A stretch of DNA of 63,976 nucleotides, filler included, from Licmophora abbreviata (Eukaryota): NCBI GenBank assembly GCA_900291995.1. It is 20 parts of 20 records of this genome, joined end to end, with 100 filler letters (N's around TTAATTAATTAA, not from the genome) between each part and the next. Parts side by side here need not be neighbours in the genome. Positions count along the whole stretch, not along the records: positions 53,804 to 55,529 come from OLMU01002336.1; positions 55,630 to 59,776 come from OLMU01002337.1; positions 59,877 to 62,870 come from OLMU01002338.1; positions 62,971 to 63,976 come from OLMU01002484.1; 16 more parts are not named here. One strand, written 5' to 3'. Below, one piece after another: positions 54,107 to 63,976 of the stretch (its first letter is position 1; every line of letters starts with the position of its first letter). The notes under the pieces are model-generated. The model saw nothing but the letters and a program-made list of their open reading frames with translations. It was not told where the DNA came from and did no database searches. The position numbers and the translations under genes are program-made.

Positions 54107-55414
54107 ATGGAACCAACTTCACCAACACTTGATGCCGCGTTCTGGATCACCTCGGCCTCCATCCTGCTGCTTCTGGTCATGTCCGGCTTCTTCTCGGGCA
54201 GCGAGACCGCGCTCACCGCCGCGTCGCGCGGCAAGCTGCGCGCCCGCGCCGACAAGGGCGAAAAAGGCGCCGCCCGCGCGCTCACCATCACCGAAGACAA
54301 CGAGCGGCTGATCGGCTCGGTCCTCTTGGGCAACAACCTCGTCAACATTCTTGCCACCTCTCTGGCCACGGCCATGTTCACGCGGCTCTTTGGCGAATCC
54401 GGCGTGGCCTTGGCCACGCTGGTGATGACCCTGCTGGTGCTGATCTTCGCCGAAGTCCTGCCCAAGACCTATGCCATCACCAATGCCGAAGCCGCAGCCT
54501 CGAAGGTGGCGCCGGTCATTCAGGTGGTGGTCAAGGTCTTCTCGCCCGTAGTGGGCGCCGTGCGCTGGCTGGTGCGCGGCGTGCTGCGGCTCTTCGGGGT
54601 CAACGCCGATCCCGACAGCCATATCCTTGCCGTGCGCGAGGAAATCGCCGGCGCGCTCTATCTCGGCCATTCCGAAGGCATCGTCGAAAAAGAGGACCGC
54701 GACCGCATCCTCGGCGCGCTCGATCTCGGCGAACGGGCCGTCGAAGAGATCATGCGCCACCGCAGCCAGATCGAGATGATCAATGCCGAGGACGATCCCG
54801 AAGCGATCCTCGAACAATGCCTGCAATCCAACCACACGCGCCTGCCGGTGTACCGCGATGATCCCGACAACATCATCGGGGTGGTGCATGCCAAGGACTT
54901 GCTGCGCGCCATGCACAAGCTTGTCATGGGCGGCGACGGGTCTCGCAACACGTTGAAGTCCTTCAATATAATTGACGTGGCGATGAAGCCCTATTTCGTG
55001 CCCGAAACCACGACCCTCGACGACCAGATGCGCCAGTTCCTGCGGATGCGCAGCCATTTCGCGCTGGTGGTGGACGAATACGGCACGCTCGAAGGGCTCA
55101 TCACTCTCGAGGACATCCTCGAGGAAATCGTCGGCGAGATCACCGATGAATTCGACCCGGACGCCGAACATCCGATCCGGAAAAGCGAGGACAATCAGTT
55201 CCTTGTGGACGGTGCCATGACGATCCGCGATCTCAATCGCGCCACCGACTGGAACCTGCCCGACGACGAGGCCAACACCATCGCCGGTCTGGTCATCCAC
55301 GAAGCCCAGATGATCCCCGAGGTGAACCAGGTGTTCAACTTCCACGGCTTCCGCTTCGAGGTGGTGGCCAAGGCCGACAACCGGATCACCCGGCTGAAAG
55401 TCCGCAAGATCTGA
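54107..55414 (+). CDS. HlyC/CorC (CNNM/DUF21 + CBS + CorC) family transporter
   Basis: SGFFSGSETA, AEVLPKT, HTRLPVY, VVDEYG..EGL.TLEDILEEIVG. Confidence 0.92.
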   Translation: MEPTSPTLDAAFWITSASILLLLVMSGFFSGSETALTAASRGKLRARADKGEKGAARALTITEDNERLIGSVLLGNNLVNILATSLATAMFTRLFGESGVALATLVMTLLVLIFAEVLPKTYAITNAEAAASKVAPVIQVVVKVFSPVVGAVRWLVRGVLRLFGVNADPDSHILAVREEIAGALYLGHSEGIVEKEDRDRILGALDLGERAVEEIMRHRSQIEMINAEDDPEAILEQCLQSNHTRLPVYRDDPDNIIGVVHAKDLLRAMHKLVMGGDGSRNTLKSFNIIDVAMKPYFVPETTTLDDQMRQFLRMRSHFALVVDEYGTLEGLITLEDILEEIVGEITDEFDPDAEHPIRKSEDNQFLVDGAMTIRDLNRATDWNLPDDEANTIAGLVIHEAQMIPEVNQVFNFHGFRFEVVAKADNRITRLKVRKI

Positions 55415-55452
55415 GCGCCGCCTGCACCGCCTTGAAAACACGCAGAAAAACG

Positions 55453-55482
55453 CGTCGGTATCACGTCGGTATCACGTCGGTG
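55453..55482 (+). repeat. 11-bp tandem repeat (about 2.7 copies)
   Basis: CGTCGGTATCA CGTCGGTATCA CGTCGGTG. Confidence 0.8.
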
Positions 55483-55656
55483 CGCTGAACCGATCTCCAC
55501 CCTGCCGCGCGCCCGGTTTCTTCTGGCCGNNNNNNNNNNNNNNNNNNNNNNNNNNNNNNNNNNNNNNNNNNNNTTAATTAATTAANNNNNNNNNNNNNNN
55601 NNNNNNNNNNNNNNNNNNNNNNNNNNNNNCGCGCCCCGGCGCTTGCCCCAAGCGCG

Positions 55657-58086
55657 TCACGCCCGGAGTTTTTCACCCTTGGGATCGAAGGGCGGCTCAT
55701 GCAGGATCCGGCCCTTGTGCGCCCGACCCAGCACCATGACCTCGACCTCATCGCCGGGGGCGGCCTGACCGTGGCGGACATAGCCGAGCGCAAGGCTCAT
55801 GCCGACAGTATAGCCATAGGTCCCCGAGGTGACGCGTCCCACCGGTTTGCCACGACAGAAGATCGGCTCGCCGCCGGTGGCATCGGCATTTGACGCGGTC
55901 ACATCCGCCTCGTCGATATGGATCAGCACGAGATCCTCGCGCGGGGTCTTGGCCAGCACCGTTTCGAGCGCGGATTTGTGCAAAAAGTCCTTATCCATCT
56001 TGCACAGCCCCGCCAGCCCCACCTCTTGCGGCCAGTATTCGGGGCTGTATTCGCGCGACCACGAGCCATACCCCTTTTCGACACGCATCGACATCAGCGC
56101 GCGCGCGCCCACCGGTCCTGCACCCAAAGCCTTGCCCGCCTCGAGAAGGGCCGCGTAAAGCTGCGCCTGATCCTGCGCGGCGCAATGCAGCTCCCAGCCC
56201 AGATCGCCGGTGAAGCTGACGCGCAGCGCCAGACAATCCACCCCGCCCAACTCGATGCGCTGCGAGCGCATGAACGGGAAATCCTCGGTCGCGAGCGACG
56301 CGTTGGTCAACCGCTGCAGCAATTCGCGCGATTTCGGCCCGGCCACGTTGAAGCCGCACATCGCCTCGGTCATGCTTTCGAACGTGGTCCCTTCGGGCAG
56401 CGGCACCATGTCGAAGAAACGCTTGTGATAGCGCTCGGCCATGCCTGAGGACACGACCCAGAACTCGTCCTCGGCGGTGCGCGTCACGGTGGCGTCACCC
56501 GCGATCCCGCCACGCACCGAAATGAGCGGCGTGAGACACGACCGGCCCACGGATTTCGGCATCCGGTTGGCAAAGACTGCGTTCAACCAGTCTGCGGCGC
56601 CCGGTCCCTTGACCCGGTATTTGGCGAAGTTCGAGATGTCGATGATGCCCGCGCGTTCGCGCAGCATCCGGCATTCCGCACCCACCGGTTCCCACCAGTT
56701 CTGCCGGGTGAAGCCGTTGGTGTCGCTGGCCCCCGGTGCCTCGGCGAACCATTGGGGGTGCTCCCAGCCATAGTTCAACCCGAACACCGCGCCCATGTCC
56801 TTTTGCATCTGGTAGACGGGGCGCGTGCGCAGCGGGCGGCCCGCCGCGCGTTCCTCATTGGGGTAATGGATGGCGAAGCGGTGGGCATAGACATCCTCGA
56901 CCTTGGCCATGATGAACTTGCGGTCATTGGCCCAGAGGCCAAAGCGCGCGACGTCCCATGGGAACATGTCGTATTGCATCTCGCCTTCGATGATCCACTG
57001 GGCCACCATCAGCCCCATCCCGGCCGACTGGCTGAAGCCGGGGATGATGCCGCCGCACATGAAGTAATTCTTCAGTTCCGGCACCGGACCAAGGATCACG
57101 TTGCTGTCGGGCGACCAGATCATCGGGCCATTGATGACCCGCTTGACGCCGGCTTCGGCGGCGACGGGCACCCGGTCCATGGCGCGCATCACGTTTTCCA
57201 TGATACGTTCCAGATCGTCGGGGAAAAGATCATGCGCGAAATCGAGCGGCGTGCCATCCTCGGCCCAGAATTTCATGTCGCGCTCATAGGCGCCGATCAG
57301 CAGGCCCTTGCCCTCCTGACGCAAGTAATATTCGCCGTCGCGATCCGCGACCGACGGCAGGCGGCGGCCGATCGCCTCGATCTCGGGGATGGTTTCGGTG
57401 ACGAAATACTGGTGTTCGGTGGGTTGCAGCGGCACTTCGATGCCCGCAAGCTTGGCCACTTCGCGCCCCCACAGACCGGCGGCATTGATCACCCATTGGG
57501 TTTCGATATTGCCCTTGGGCGTCTCGACGATCCAGGTGCCATCGGGCTTTTGCCGGGTGGCTGTCACGGGCGTGAAGCGGTTGATCTCGGCGCCGCGCTG
57601 GCGCGCGCCCATGGCATAGGCGTTGGTCACGCCCGAAGGGTCCACATTGCCGCCATCGGGTTCCCACATGATGCAGCGGATCCCGTCGAAATTGACCAGG
57701 GGGTGCTTTTCTTCGGCCTCCTCGCGGGTGATCTCGGAGAAGTTCATCCCGTAAAGCTGCGCTTTGGCGGCCCGCAGGCGCAGCTGATGCTCGCGCGCTT
57801 CGGTTTGCGCCAGATAGAGGCTGCCGGGCTGGAACACGCCGCAGGACTGGCCGGTTTCGGTTTCCAGCTCCTTGTAGAGGTTCATCGTGTAATGCTGCAG
57901 CCGAGAGATATTCGCGCTGTCATGCAGGCCGTGGATGTTGGCGGCGGCGTGCCAGGTCGAGCCACTGGTCAGCTCGTCGCGCTCCAGAAGGACGACATCG
58001 CTCCAGCCCAGCTTGGTCAGATGGTAGAGAATCGAGCATCCGATGACGCCCCCGCCGATCACGACGGCCTGTGCATGGGTTTTCAT
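55657..58086 (-). CDS. Dimethylglycine dehydrogenase-like FAD oxidoreductase / GcvT fusion
   Basis: VIGGGVIG, GSTWHAA, SFTGDLGWELH and R.EKGY; GcvT C-terminal domain. Confidence 0.92.
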   Translation of the reverse strand: MKTHAQAVVIGGGVIGCSILYHLTKLGWSDVVLLERDELTSGSTWHAAANIHGLHDSANISRLQHYTMNLYKELETETGQSCGVFQPGSLYLAQTEAREHQLRLRAAKAQLYGMNFSEITREEAEEKHPLVNFDGIRCIMWEPDGGNVDPSGVTNAYAMGARQRGAEINRFTPVTATRQKPDGTWIVETPKGNIETQWVINAAGLWGREVAKLAGIEVPLQPTEHQYFVTETIPEIEAIGRRLPSVADRDGEYYLRQEGKGLLIGAYERDMKFWAEDGTPLDFAHDLFPDDLERIMENVMRAMDRVPVAAEAGVKRVINGPMIWSPDSNVILGPVPELKNYFMCGGIIPGFSQSAGMGLMVAQWIIEGEMQYDMFPWDVARFGLWANDRKFIMAKVEDVYAHRFAIHYPNEERAAGRPLRTRPVYQMQKDMGAVFGLNYGWEHPQWFAEAPGASDTNGFTRQNWWEPVGAECRMLRERAGIIDISNFAKYRVKGPGAADWLNAVFANRMPKSVGRSCLTPLISVRGGIAGDATVTRTAEDEFWVVSSGMAERYHKRFFDMVPLPEGTTFESMTEAMCGFNVAGPKSRELLQRLTNASLATEDFPFMRSQRIELGGVDCLALRVSFTGDLGWELHCAAQDQAQLYAALLEAGKALGAGPVGARALMSMRVEKGYGSWSREYSPEYWPQEVGLAGLCKMDKDFLHKSALETVLAKTPREDLVLIHIDEADVTASNADATGGEPIFCRGKPVGRVTSGTYGYTVGMSLALGYVRHGQAAPGDEVEVMVLGRAHKGRILHEPPFDPKGEKLRA

Positions 58087-58298
58087 TTTGCGTCCCTTGA
58101 CTGTTCTGGCCTGACCCTGACGTGGCGCAGGGCTTTTGTGCCGCCGGTTCCCGACATCATTGGTCGCGACGATGCAAAAGTCCTATTGGTTTGCGACAGG
58201 ATTTTTCGCTTTCCGGCAGGTAGATGTCAAAGCCGCGCAAGGATCAGACCGGCGTCGGAGGCGCGGTGGATCCGGTGGGGCGCGGAACGGCGCGGGCA

Positions 58299-58335
58299 GG
58301 ATGCCTCCGGCGGGAGTATTTGGGGAACGATGAAA
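58299..58335 (+). repeat. Divergent relative of repeat family A (shares the GGG-TATTT...GAAA right arm)
   Basis: GGATGCCTCCGGCGGGAGTATTTGGGGAACGATGAAA. Confidence 0.5.
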
Positions 58336-58368
58336 GCGGGCGGGGGCGCGGAGTTCAGCAGGTCAGGT

Positions 58369-59776
58369 TCAGCCGGTCAGGCCGCCGAGGCGGGCCAGGA
58401 TCGCCGCCTCGTCGACCGCCCCGATGGTGCCTGCCGTGCGACCGCGCGCGCCTGAAAGGCGCGTGGCGATATAGGCTTCGGCGATGGCGGGCGGGGCGCT
58501 CTGCATCAGCACCGAGGCGGTGAGCAGGCAGCCGAGGCTTTCGGCATACCAACGCGCCTCGCGCGGGTCGGGCAATTTGGGAAAACGGTCCATATGCGCG
58601 CGCAAGGCTGCATCGTAGCGGCGGTATTGCCCGCTGACTGCGCCAAGCTCGGCGCTCAGGACCTCACCCGCGAGCGGCGCGCGGCGCAGGGTGCGCAGGA
58701 TATCGAGGCAGATGACATTGCCCGACCCTTCCCAGATCCCGTTGAGCGGGGCTTCGCGATAGAGAAGCGGCAGGCCGCTGTCTTCGACATAACCCGCGCC
58801 GCCAATCGCCTCCATCGCCTCGTAGACAAGTCCGGGGCAGAGCTTGTTGCCGAGATATTTGGCCAGCGCCACCGCGAGCCGGGCAAACGCGCGCTCGGGC
58901 TCGGAGGGGCTGTCGAAGGCGCGGGCGACGCGCAGGCCAAGGGCGAGTGTTCCCTCCCAATCGAGCGCCAGATCGGACAGAACCGCGCGCATCAGCGGCT
59001 GGTCGATCAGGCGCGCGTCAAAAGCGCTGCGATGGCGCGCCCAATGGGCCGCGCGGTCCAGCGCCGCGCGCATTAGACCGGCGGGCGCCATGGCCGTATC
59101 GAGCCGTGTGTGATGGACCATTTCGATGATGGTGTGGATGCCTTCGCCCTCGGGACCCAGGCGATAGGCCAACGCGCCGTCATACTCGATCTCGGCGGAG
59201 GCATTGGCCCGGTTGCCCAGCTTGTCCTTGAGCCGCTGCAGCCGGATCGCGTTGCGCCCATGGTCGAGCCAGCGCGGCACCACGAAACAGGTCAGCCCGC
59301 CCGGCGCCTGCGCCAGCGTCAGAAATCCGTCCGACATCGGCGCCGAGCAGAACCATTTATGCCCTCTTAGCCGGTAGGCATCGCCATCGGGCACGGCGCG
59401 GGTGACCGTGGCGCGCAGATCCGATCCGCCCTGTTTCTCGGTCATTGCCATCCCCATGGTCAGGCCCGGTTTGCGCGCCATCGGCCGCACAGCACCGTCA
59501 TAGGCCCGCGCGATTAGTTTAGGCACCCAGGCCGCGAAGAGATCGGCATCGGGCTTGAGCGCGGGCACGGCGGCATAGGTCATGGTCATCGGGCAGCATA
59601 TGCCCGGTTCGATCTGGGTGGTGAGATACACCATCGCGGCATGAGTGGCGTGACCGCCCGCCCCTCCGTCCCAGGGAATCGCGGCGTAGCCTGCGCTCAG
59701 CCCGGTCTCGAGCAGCCGGTGGTAATCGGGGTGATAGCGCACTTCATCGAGACGCCGGCCACCGGCATCGAGGGCC
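58369..59776 (-). CDS. Acyl-CoA dehydrogenase, AidB-like (5' end in gap)
   Basis: CPMTMT, MTEKQGGSD, GHKWFCSAP, RLKDKLGN and IWEGSGN. Confidence 0.9.
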
Positions 59777-59993
59777 NNNNNNNNNNNNNNNNNNNNNNNN
59801 NNNNNNNNNNNNNNNNNNNNTTAATTAATTAANNNNNNNNNNNNNNNNNNNNNNNNNNNNNNNNNNNNNNNNNNNNGAGTTTATGACGCAGCAGGCACAA
59901 CGTGGAAAGGGGATTCACAAAGCGAATCACTTGTGGCATGGTAGCTGCAGACCGCCCGTCAGAGGCGGCACCAGAGGCAGAGCAACGGCATCC

Positions 59994-60293
59994 ATGTCAC
60001 AGCGCATACGACCCCAGATGGGGCTTTTCATTTATTCATTGATCGCCTTCGGCTTGGGCGCCTATTTCACCTTTGCCGCAGTGCAGGGGGATTACGGTCT
60101 TTTCCGCCGCGCCGAGATCGATGCCGAAACCGACGCGCTGCGCGCACAGCTGAAGGATCTGTCGGTGCAGGTGGCGCGGATGGAAAACCTGACCCTGCGG
60201 CTGTCGGACGATTTTCTGGATACCGACCTGCTGGATCAACAGGCCCGCGATGTGCTGGGCCTGCTGCGCCCCGACGAGATCGTCATTCGCTGA
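59994..60293 (+). CDS. ftsB: Septum formation initiator family protein (FtsB/DivIC)
   Basis: TM helix, G.YGL, coiled coil, DLLDQQARDVLG...DEIV; upstream of pdhA. Confidence 0.82.
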   Translation: MSQRIRPQMGLFIYSLIAFGLGAYFTFAAVQGDYGLFRRAEIDAETDALRAQLKDLSVQVARMENLTLRLSDDFLDTDLLDQQARDVLGLLRPDEIVIR

Positions 60294-60386
60294 GGCGCGG
60301 GGTCCGCGCATCGCAACCGAACCGCGCATTGCCGCCACCCTACCCCGGAAAATTTGCCCTATCACTGAGGCCCCGCTTGGGATATA

Positions 60387-60408
60387 AATAGTTTAACGCT
60401 AAACTATT
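60387..60408. promoter_or_regulatory. Perfect AT-rich palindrome (putative operator) upstream of pdhA
   Basis: AATAGTTTA-ACGC-TAAACTATT, 25 bp before the pdhA ATG. Confidence 0.65.
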
Positions 60409-60433
60409 ACCATCCGCAAAGGGGAGATGCGGC

Positions 60434-61444
60434 ATGTCTGCCAGAAAAACCCAAGCAAAACCAAATGTTTCCGCCGATGAGCTGAAACAGTATTACCGCG
60501 ACATGCTTCTGATCCGGCGATTCGAAGAAAAGGCGGGCCAGCTTTATGGCATGGGCCTGATCGGCGGGTTCTGCCATCTTTATATCGGACAGGAAGCCGT
60601 TGTCGTCGGGCTCGAGGCCACCGCCGAAGAGGGCGACAAGCGCATCACCACCTATCGCGACCACGGCCACATGCTGGCCTGCGGGATGGATCCCAAGGGC
60701 GTCATGGCCGAACTTACCGGCCGCGAGGGCGGGTATTCGCGCGGCAAAGGCGGCTCGATGCACATGTTCTCGAAGGAAAAGCACTTCTATGGCGGGCATG
60801 GCATCGTCGGGGCCAACGTGCCGCTTGGGGCGGGGCTGGCCTTTGCCGACAAGTATCTCGGCAATGATCGGGTGACCTATACCTATTTCGGCGACGGCGC
60901 GGCCAACCAGGGCCAGGTCTATGAGACGTTCAACATGGCGGCCCTGTGGCAATTGCCGGTGATCTTCGTGATCGAGAACAACCAATACGCCATGGGCACG
61001 TCGCAGAAACGCTCGACCTCAAGCCCGGATATCTACACGCGCGGCGCCGCCTTCGGCATTCCGGGCGAGGCGGTGGACGGGATGGATGTTCTGGCCGTGC
61101 GCGATGCGGGCCAAAAGGCCGTGGCGCACTGCCGCTCCGGCAAGGGGCCCTATATCCTCGAGATCAAGACATACCGCTATCGCGGCCATTCGATGTCGGA
61201 CCCGGCCAAATACCGCACCCGCGAGGAAGTCCAGAAAATGCGCGAGGAAAAGGACGCCATCGAACATGTGCGCGACCTGCTTTTGTCGGGCAAGCACGCG
61301 ACCGAAGACGATCTCAAGGCGATCGACAAGGAGATCAAGGCCATCGTGAACGAGGCAGCCGAATTCTCGAAGGACAGCCCCGAACCCGATCCCGCAGAAC
61401 TCTGGACCGACATCTATGCCGATGTCGCCCCGCAGAACGCCTGA
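60434..61444 (+). CDS. pdhA: Pyruvate dehydrogenase E1 alpha
   Basis: GGFCHLYIGQEA, GDGAANQGQ and YRYRGHSMSDP. Confidence 0.97.
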   Translation: MSARKTQAKPNVSADELKQYYRDMLLIRRFEEKAGQLYGMGLIGGFCHLYIGQEAVVVGLEATAEEGDKRITTYRDHGHMLACGMDPKGVMAELTGREGGYSRGKGGSMHMFSKEKHFYGGHGIVGANVPLGAGLAFADKYLGNDRVTYTYFGDGAANQGQVYETFNMAALWQLPVIFVIENNQYAMGTSQKRSTSSPDIYTRGAAFGIPGEAVDGMDVLAVRDAGQKAVAHCRSGKGPYILEIKTYRYRGHSMSDPAKYRTREEVQKMREEKDAIEHVRDLLLSGKHATEDDLKAIDKEIKAIVNEAAEFSKDSPEPDPAELWTDIYADVAPQNA

Positions 61445-61459
61445 GGAGGAGTGACGACC

Positions 61460-62836
61460 ATGGCGACAGAAATTCTCATGCCCGCCCTCTCCCCCACGAT
61501 GGAAGAAGGCACGCTGGCCAAATGGCTGGTCAAGGAAGGCGACGAGGTATCGAGCGGCGACATCATCGCAGAGATCGAGACCGACAAGGCGACGATGGAG
61601 TTTGAGGCGGTGGACGAAGGCACCATAGGCAAGATCCTGATCGCCGAAGGCACCGAGGGCGTAAAGGTCAACACCCCGATCGCCGTGCTTCTGGAAGACG
61701 GTGAAAGCGCCGATGACATCGACAGCGCCGCAGCCTCGCCTGCCCCGCAGGCCGCAAGCGACGCCGACGCCCCGAGCCAAGCCGCCCCGGCCAAGGCCAA
61801 GGCCCCCGAGGCCCCGCAGCCGGATCGCTCGCCCGATTGGCCCGAAGGCACCGAGACCCGCAAGCAGACCGTGCGCGAGGCGATCAACGCCGCGCTGGCC
61901 GAAGAGATGCGCGCCGATCCCACCGTGTTCATCATGGGCGAGGAAGTCGCGGAATACGAAGGCGCCTACAAAATCACCCAAGGGCTGCTGGATGAGTTCG
62001 GCTCCAAACGCGTGATCGACACGCCGATCACCGAACATGGCTTTGCCGGGATCGGGGTCGGCGCGGCCTTTGGTGGCCTGCGCCCGGTCGTGGAGTTCAT
62101 GACCTGGAATTTCGGCATGCAGGCCATCGACCAGATCATCAACTCCGCCGCCAAGACGCTTTATATGTCTGGCGGTCAGATGGGGTGCCCGATGGTGTTC
62201 CGTGGCCCCAACGGGGCGGCGGCGCGCGTTGGCGCACAGCACAGCCAGGATTACGCGGCATGGTATGCCCATATTCCGGGCCTCAAGGTGGTGCAGCCCT
62301 ATTCGGCCTCCGACGCCAAGGGCCTGCTGAAATCCGCGATCCGCGATCCCAACCCGGTCGTGTTCCTTGAAAACGAGATCCTCTATGGCAAGAGCTTCGA
62401 GGTTCCGGTGATGGACGATTTCACCATCCCCTTCGGCAAGGCGCGCATCTGGCGCGAAGGCAAGGATGTGACCATCGTCAGCTTCGGGATCGGCATGACC
62501 TATGCCATCGAAGCCGCCGAGAAACTGGCCGAGGATGGCATCAGCGCCGAGGTGATCGACCTGCGCACGCTGCGCCCGCTGGATTACGACACCGTCATCG
62601 CCTCGGTCATGAAGACCAACCGCTGCGTGACCGTCGAAGAAGGCTGGCCCGTGGCGTCGATCGGCAACCACATCTCGGCCACGCTGATGGAACGGGCGTT
62701 CGACTATCTGGATGCGCCGGTCATCAACTGCACCGGCAAGGACGTGCCGATGCCCTATGCCGCCAATCTCGAAAAACTGGCGCTGACCTCCACCGCCGAG
62801 GTGATCGAGGCCGTGCGCGCGGTCACCTACCGTTAA
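61460..62836 (+). CDS. pdhB: Pyruvate dehydrogenase E1 beta with N-terminal lipoyl domain
   Basis: [25 protein letters not shown] and GAQHSQ. Confidence 0.97.
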   Translation: MATEILMPALSPTMEEGTLAKWLVKEGDEVSSGDIIAEIETDKATMEFEAVDEGTIGKILIAEGTEGVKVNTPIAVLLEDGESADDIDSAAASPAPQAASDADAPSQAAPAKAKAPEAPQPDRSPDWPEGTETRKQTVREAINAALAEEMRADPTVFIMGEEVAEYEGAYKITQGLLDEFGSKRVIDTPITEHGFAGIGVGAAFGGLRPVVEFMTWNFGMQAIDQIINSAAKTLYMSGGQMGCPMVFRGPNGAAARVGAQHSQDYAAWYAHIPGLKVVQPYSASDAKGLLKSAIRDPNPVVFLENEILYGKSFEVPVMDDFTIPFGKARIWREGKDVTIVSFGIGMTYAIEAAEKLAEDGISAEVIDLRTLRPLDYDTVIASVMKTNRCVTVEEGWPVASIGNHISATLMERAFDYLDAPVINCTGKDVPMPYAANLEKLALTSTAEVIEAVRAVTYR

Positions 62837-62849
62837 GGAGACAAGAGCG

Positions 62850-62870
62850 ATGCCAACCGAAATACTCATG
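62850..62870 (+). CDS. pdhC: Start of dihydrolipoamide acetyltransferase E2 (truncated by gap)
   Basis: AGGAG SD, then MPTEILM (lipoyl-domain start), directly after pdhB. Confidence 0.7.
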
Positions 62871-62970
62871 NNNNNNNNNNNNNNNNNNNNNNNNNNNNNN
62901 NNNNNNNNNNNNNNTTAATTAATTAANNNNNNNNNNNNNNNNNNNNNNNNNNNNNNNNNNNNNNNNNNNN

Positions 62971-63736
62971 CAATGATTGGAATAAGCAAAGGCTGCACCG
63001 ACGCCAAGGGGACGCTGACTTCGACCACCGTCGTGAAGCCAAGCCAGCCCCACAGTCCTTCGCACGCAACTACCTCGGCAACAGTGGTTGTCTGAGCGCA
63101 AACATAGCCGATACCGGCACTTGTTCCAGAAATGCCAAGCATTTTGGCAATACCGAATGCGTTCGCCACTTGCAGAGTATGCCACTTGCCTGTGGCACAC
63201 CAAACAGCAACGGTCTCGCAGTTGCTTGTGAGAAGGTTGTATGACGGAATCAACTTGGGGTTTTTCAGGAGAAAGTTGGTCCGAGCGAGGACAATCTCTG
63301 GCGAGTCCTGCTCAGAGATGGAGACAGTGCCAGCCCGACTCATGACACACTCTTTCCAGTCAGCACTGTACTTGACCTTTTTCCACTTGCCTTCTCCCGG
63401 GACCGTTTGAAGTTCTCCGGGCTTGTTAAGACCATCAAAATTAACCGATGTCGCAAGAGAAGCAAAGAACGATGACGTGTTCCATCCTTCGTTTGGATCA
63501 ACAAGTTTGTTGAAATCAACCACATACATGGAGGTTCCTTCGCAGCGGATCACAATTCCGTGATGCTGATAAATCATACCCGCGCTCCAATAGTATACAT
63601 GGTCTCCAGGACAGAAGGCGTCGGCGGTATCACTCTCCTCGGAAGCTGAAGGAAGCCTCGGACTCGGTGTCAGAAGTCGAGCCCGTTTCCACAAGGTCAG
63701 GCGTGGCGACGTACCAAGAACCACCAATCTCTTCAT
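62971..63736 (-). CDS. LRAT/NC-domain (permuted NlpC/P60) protein on a compositionally foreign contig; 3' end in gap
   Basis: PGDHVY, YQHHGI and YNLLTSNCE (His/His/Cys catalytic set); lower GC and non-host codon usage. Confidence 0.8.
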
Positions 63737-63976
63737 GCAGAGTCATGTTCTTCAATAGCCACTCTTAAAGTGAGAGGGAACGATGGAATGTGCGAGCATT
63801 TCTGGCACTTTCATCGCCGCCAGTCTTGCATTGAGCGCAAGACTACTGGCAGTATACCGGGTGCCAGGTACAGCGGCGGGACTACTGCGGTACCCCCGCG
63901 TCGACTTAAGTACTGACGGCATTACCGCGTCATCCAGATCCTCAAGACAAGAAGAAGGACTTGAATGAAGACTATC

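Noticed and set aside
3793..62970. Recurrent TTAATTAATTAA flanked by N-runs, which could be read as a repeat array or CtrA-like sites
   Set aside because: Artificial contig linker with stops in six frames. Gene interruptions at these points are not pseudogenes, and adjacency across them is not guaranteed.
63783..63968. 61-aa ORF at the window end
   Set aside because: No recognisable motifs; lies on the probably foreign contig.

Overview
This is a 64-kb window from a draft pseudo-scaffold: short contigs joined by artificial N-run/TTAATTAATTAA linkers. The DNA is high-GC and alphaproteobacterial, and the gene content and order point to Rhodobacterales / roseobacter group (inferred). Most of it is core chromosome: the cysG-cysI-cysH sulfate assimilation genes, infC (non-canonical ATA start), a penicillin-acylase-family gene, a form II coxSLM molybdo-hydroxylase cluster with coxD/coxE/XdhC accessory genes, pyrC-pyrE, dnaB-alr-mlaEF, radA-cvpA-purF, surE-pcm-M23 peptidase, tatABC, anmK/tyrS, aroKB, xerD, a CorC/HlyC-family gene, a dimethylglycine-dehydrogenase-like gene and pdhABC. 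I saw no rRNA, tRNA, CRISPR array or intact transposase. Five things stand out. (1) A ~4.2-kb accessory block (10.15-14.4 kb) lies between two direct copies of a modular palindromic repeat; it holds an AT-rich orphan HNH nuclease gene with its own 17-bp flanking direct repeats, a MOSC gene, an orphan IS3-type end and a CDF transporter. (2) A self-contained YeeE/YedE sulfur-transporter pair, with an SqrR/BigR-like operator and its own terminator, sits inside the cox accessory cluster. (3) Two families of dispersed intergenic repeats occur. (4) There is a TPR + GT-A-like orphan protein. (5) The last contig is lower in GC and encodes an LRAT/NC-domain protein that looks eukaryotic (contaminant or HGT). 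All calls come from reading sequence and motifs by eye; no database searches were run.
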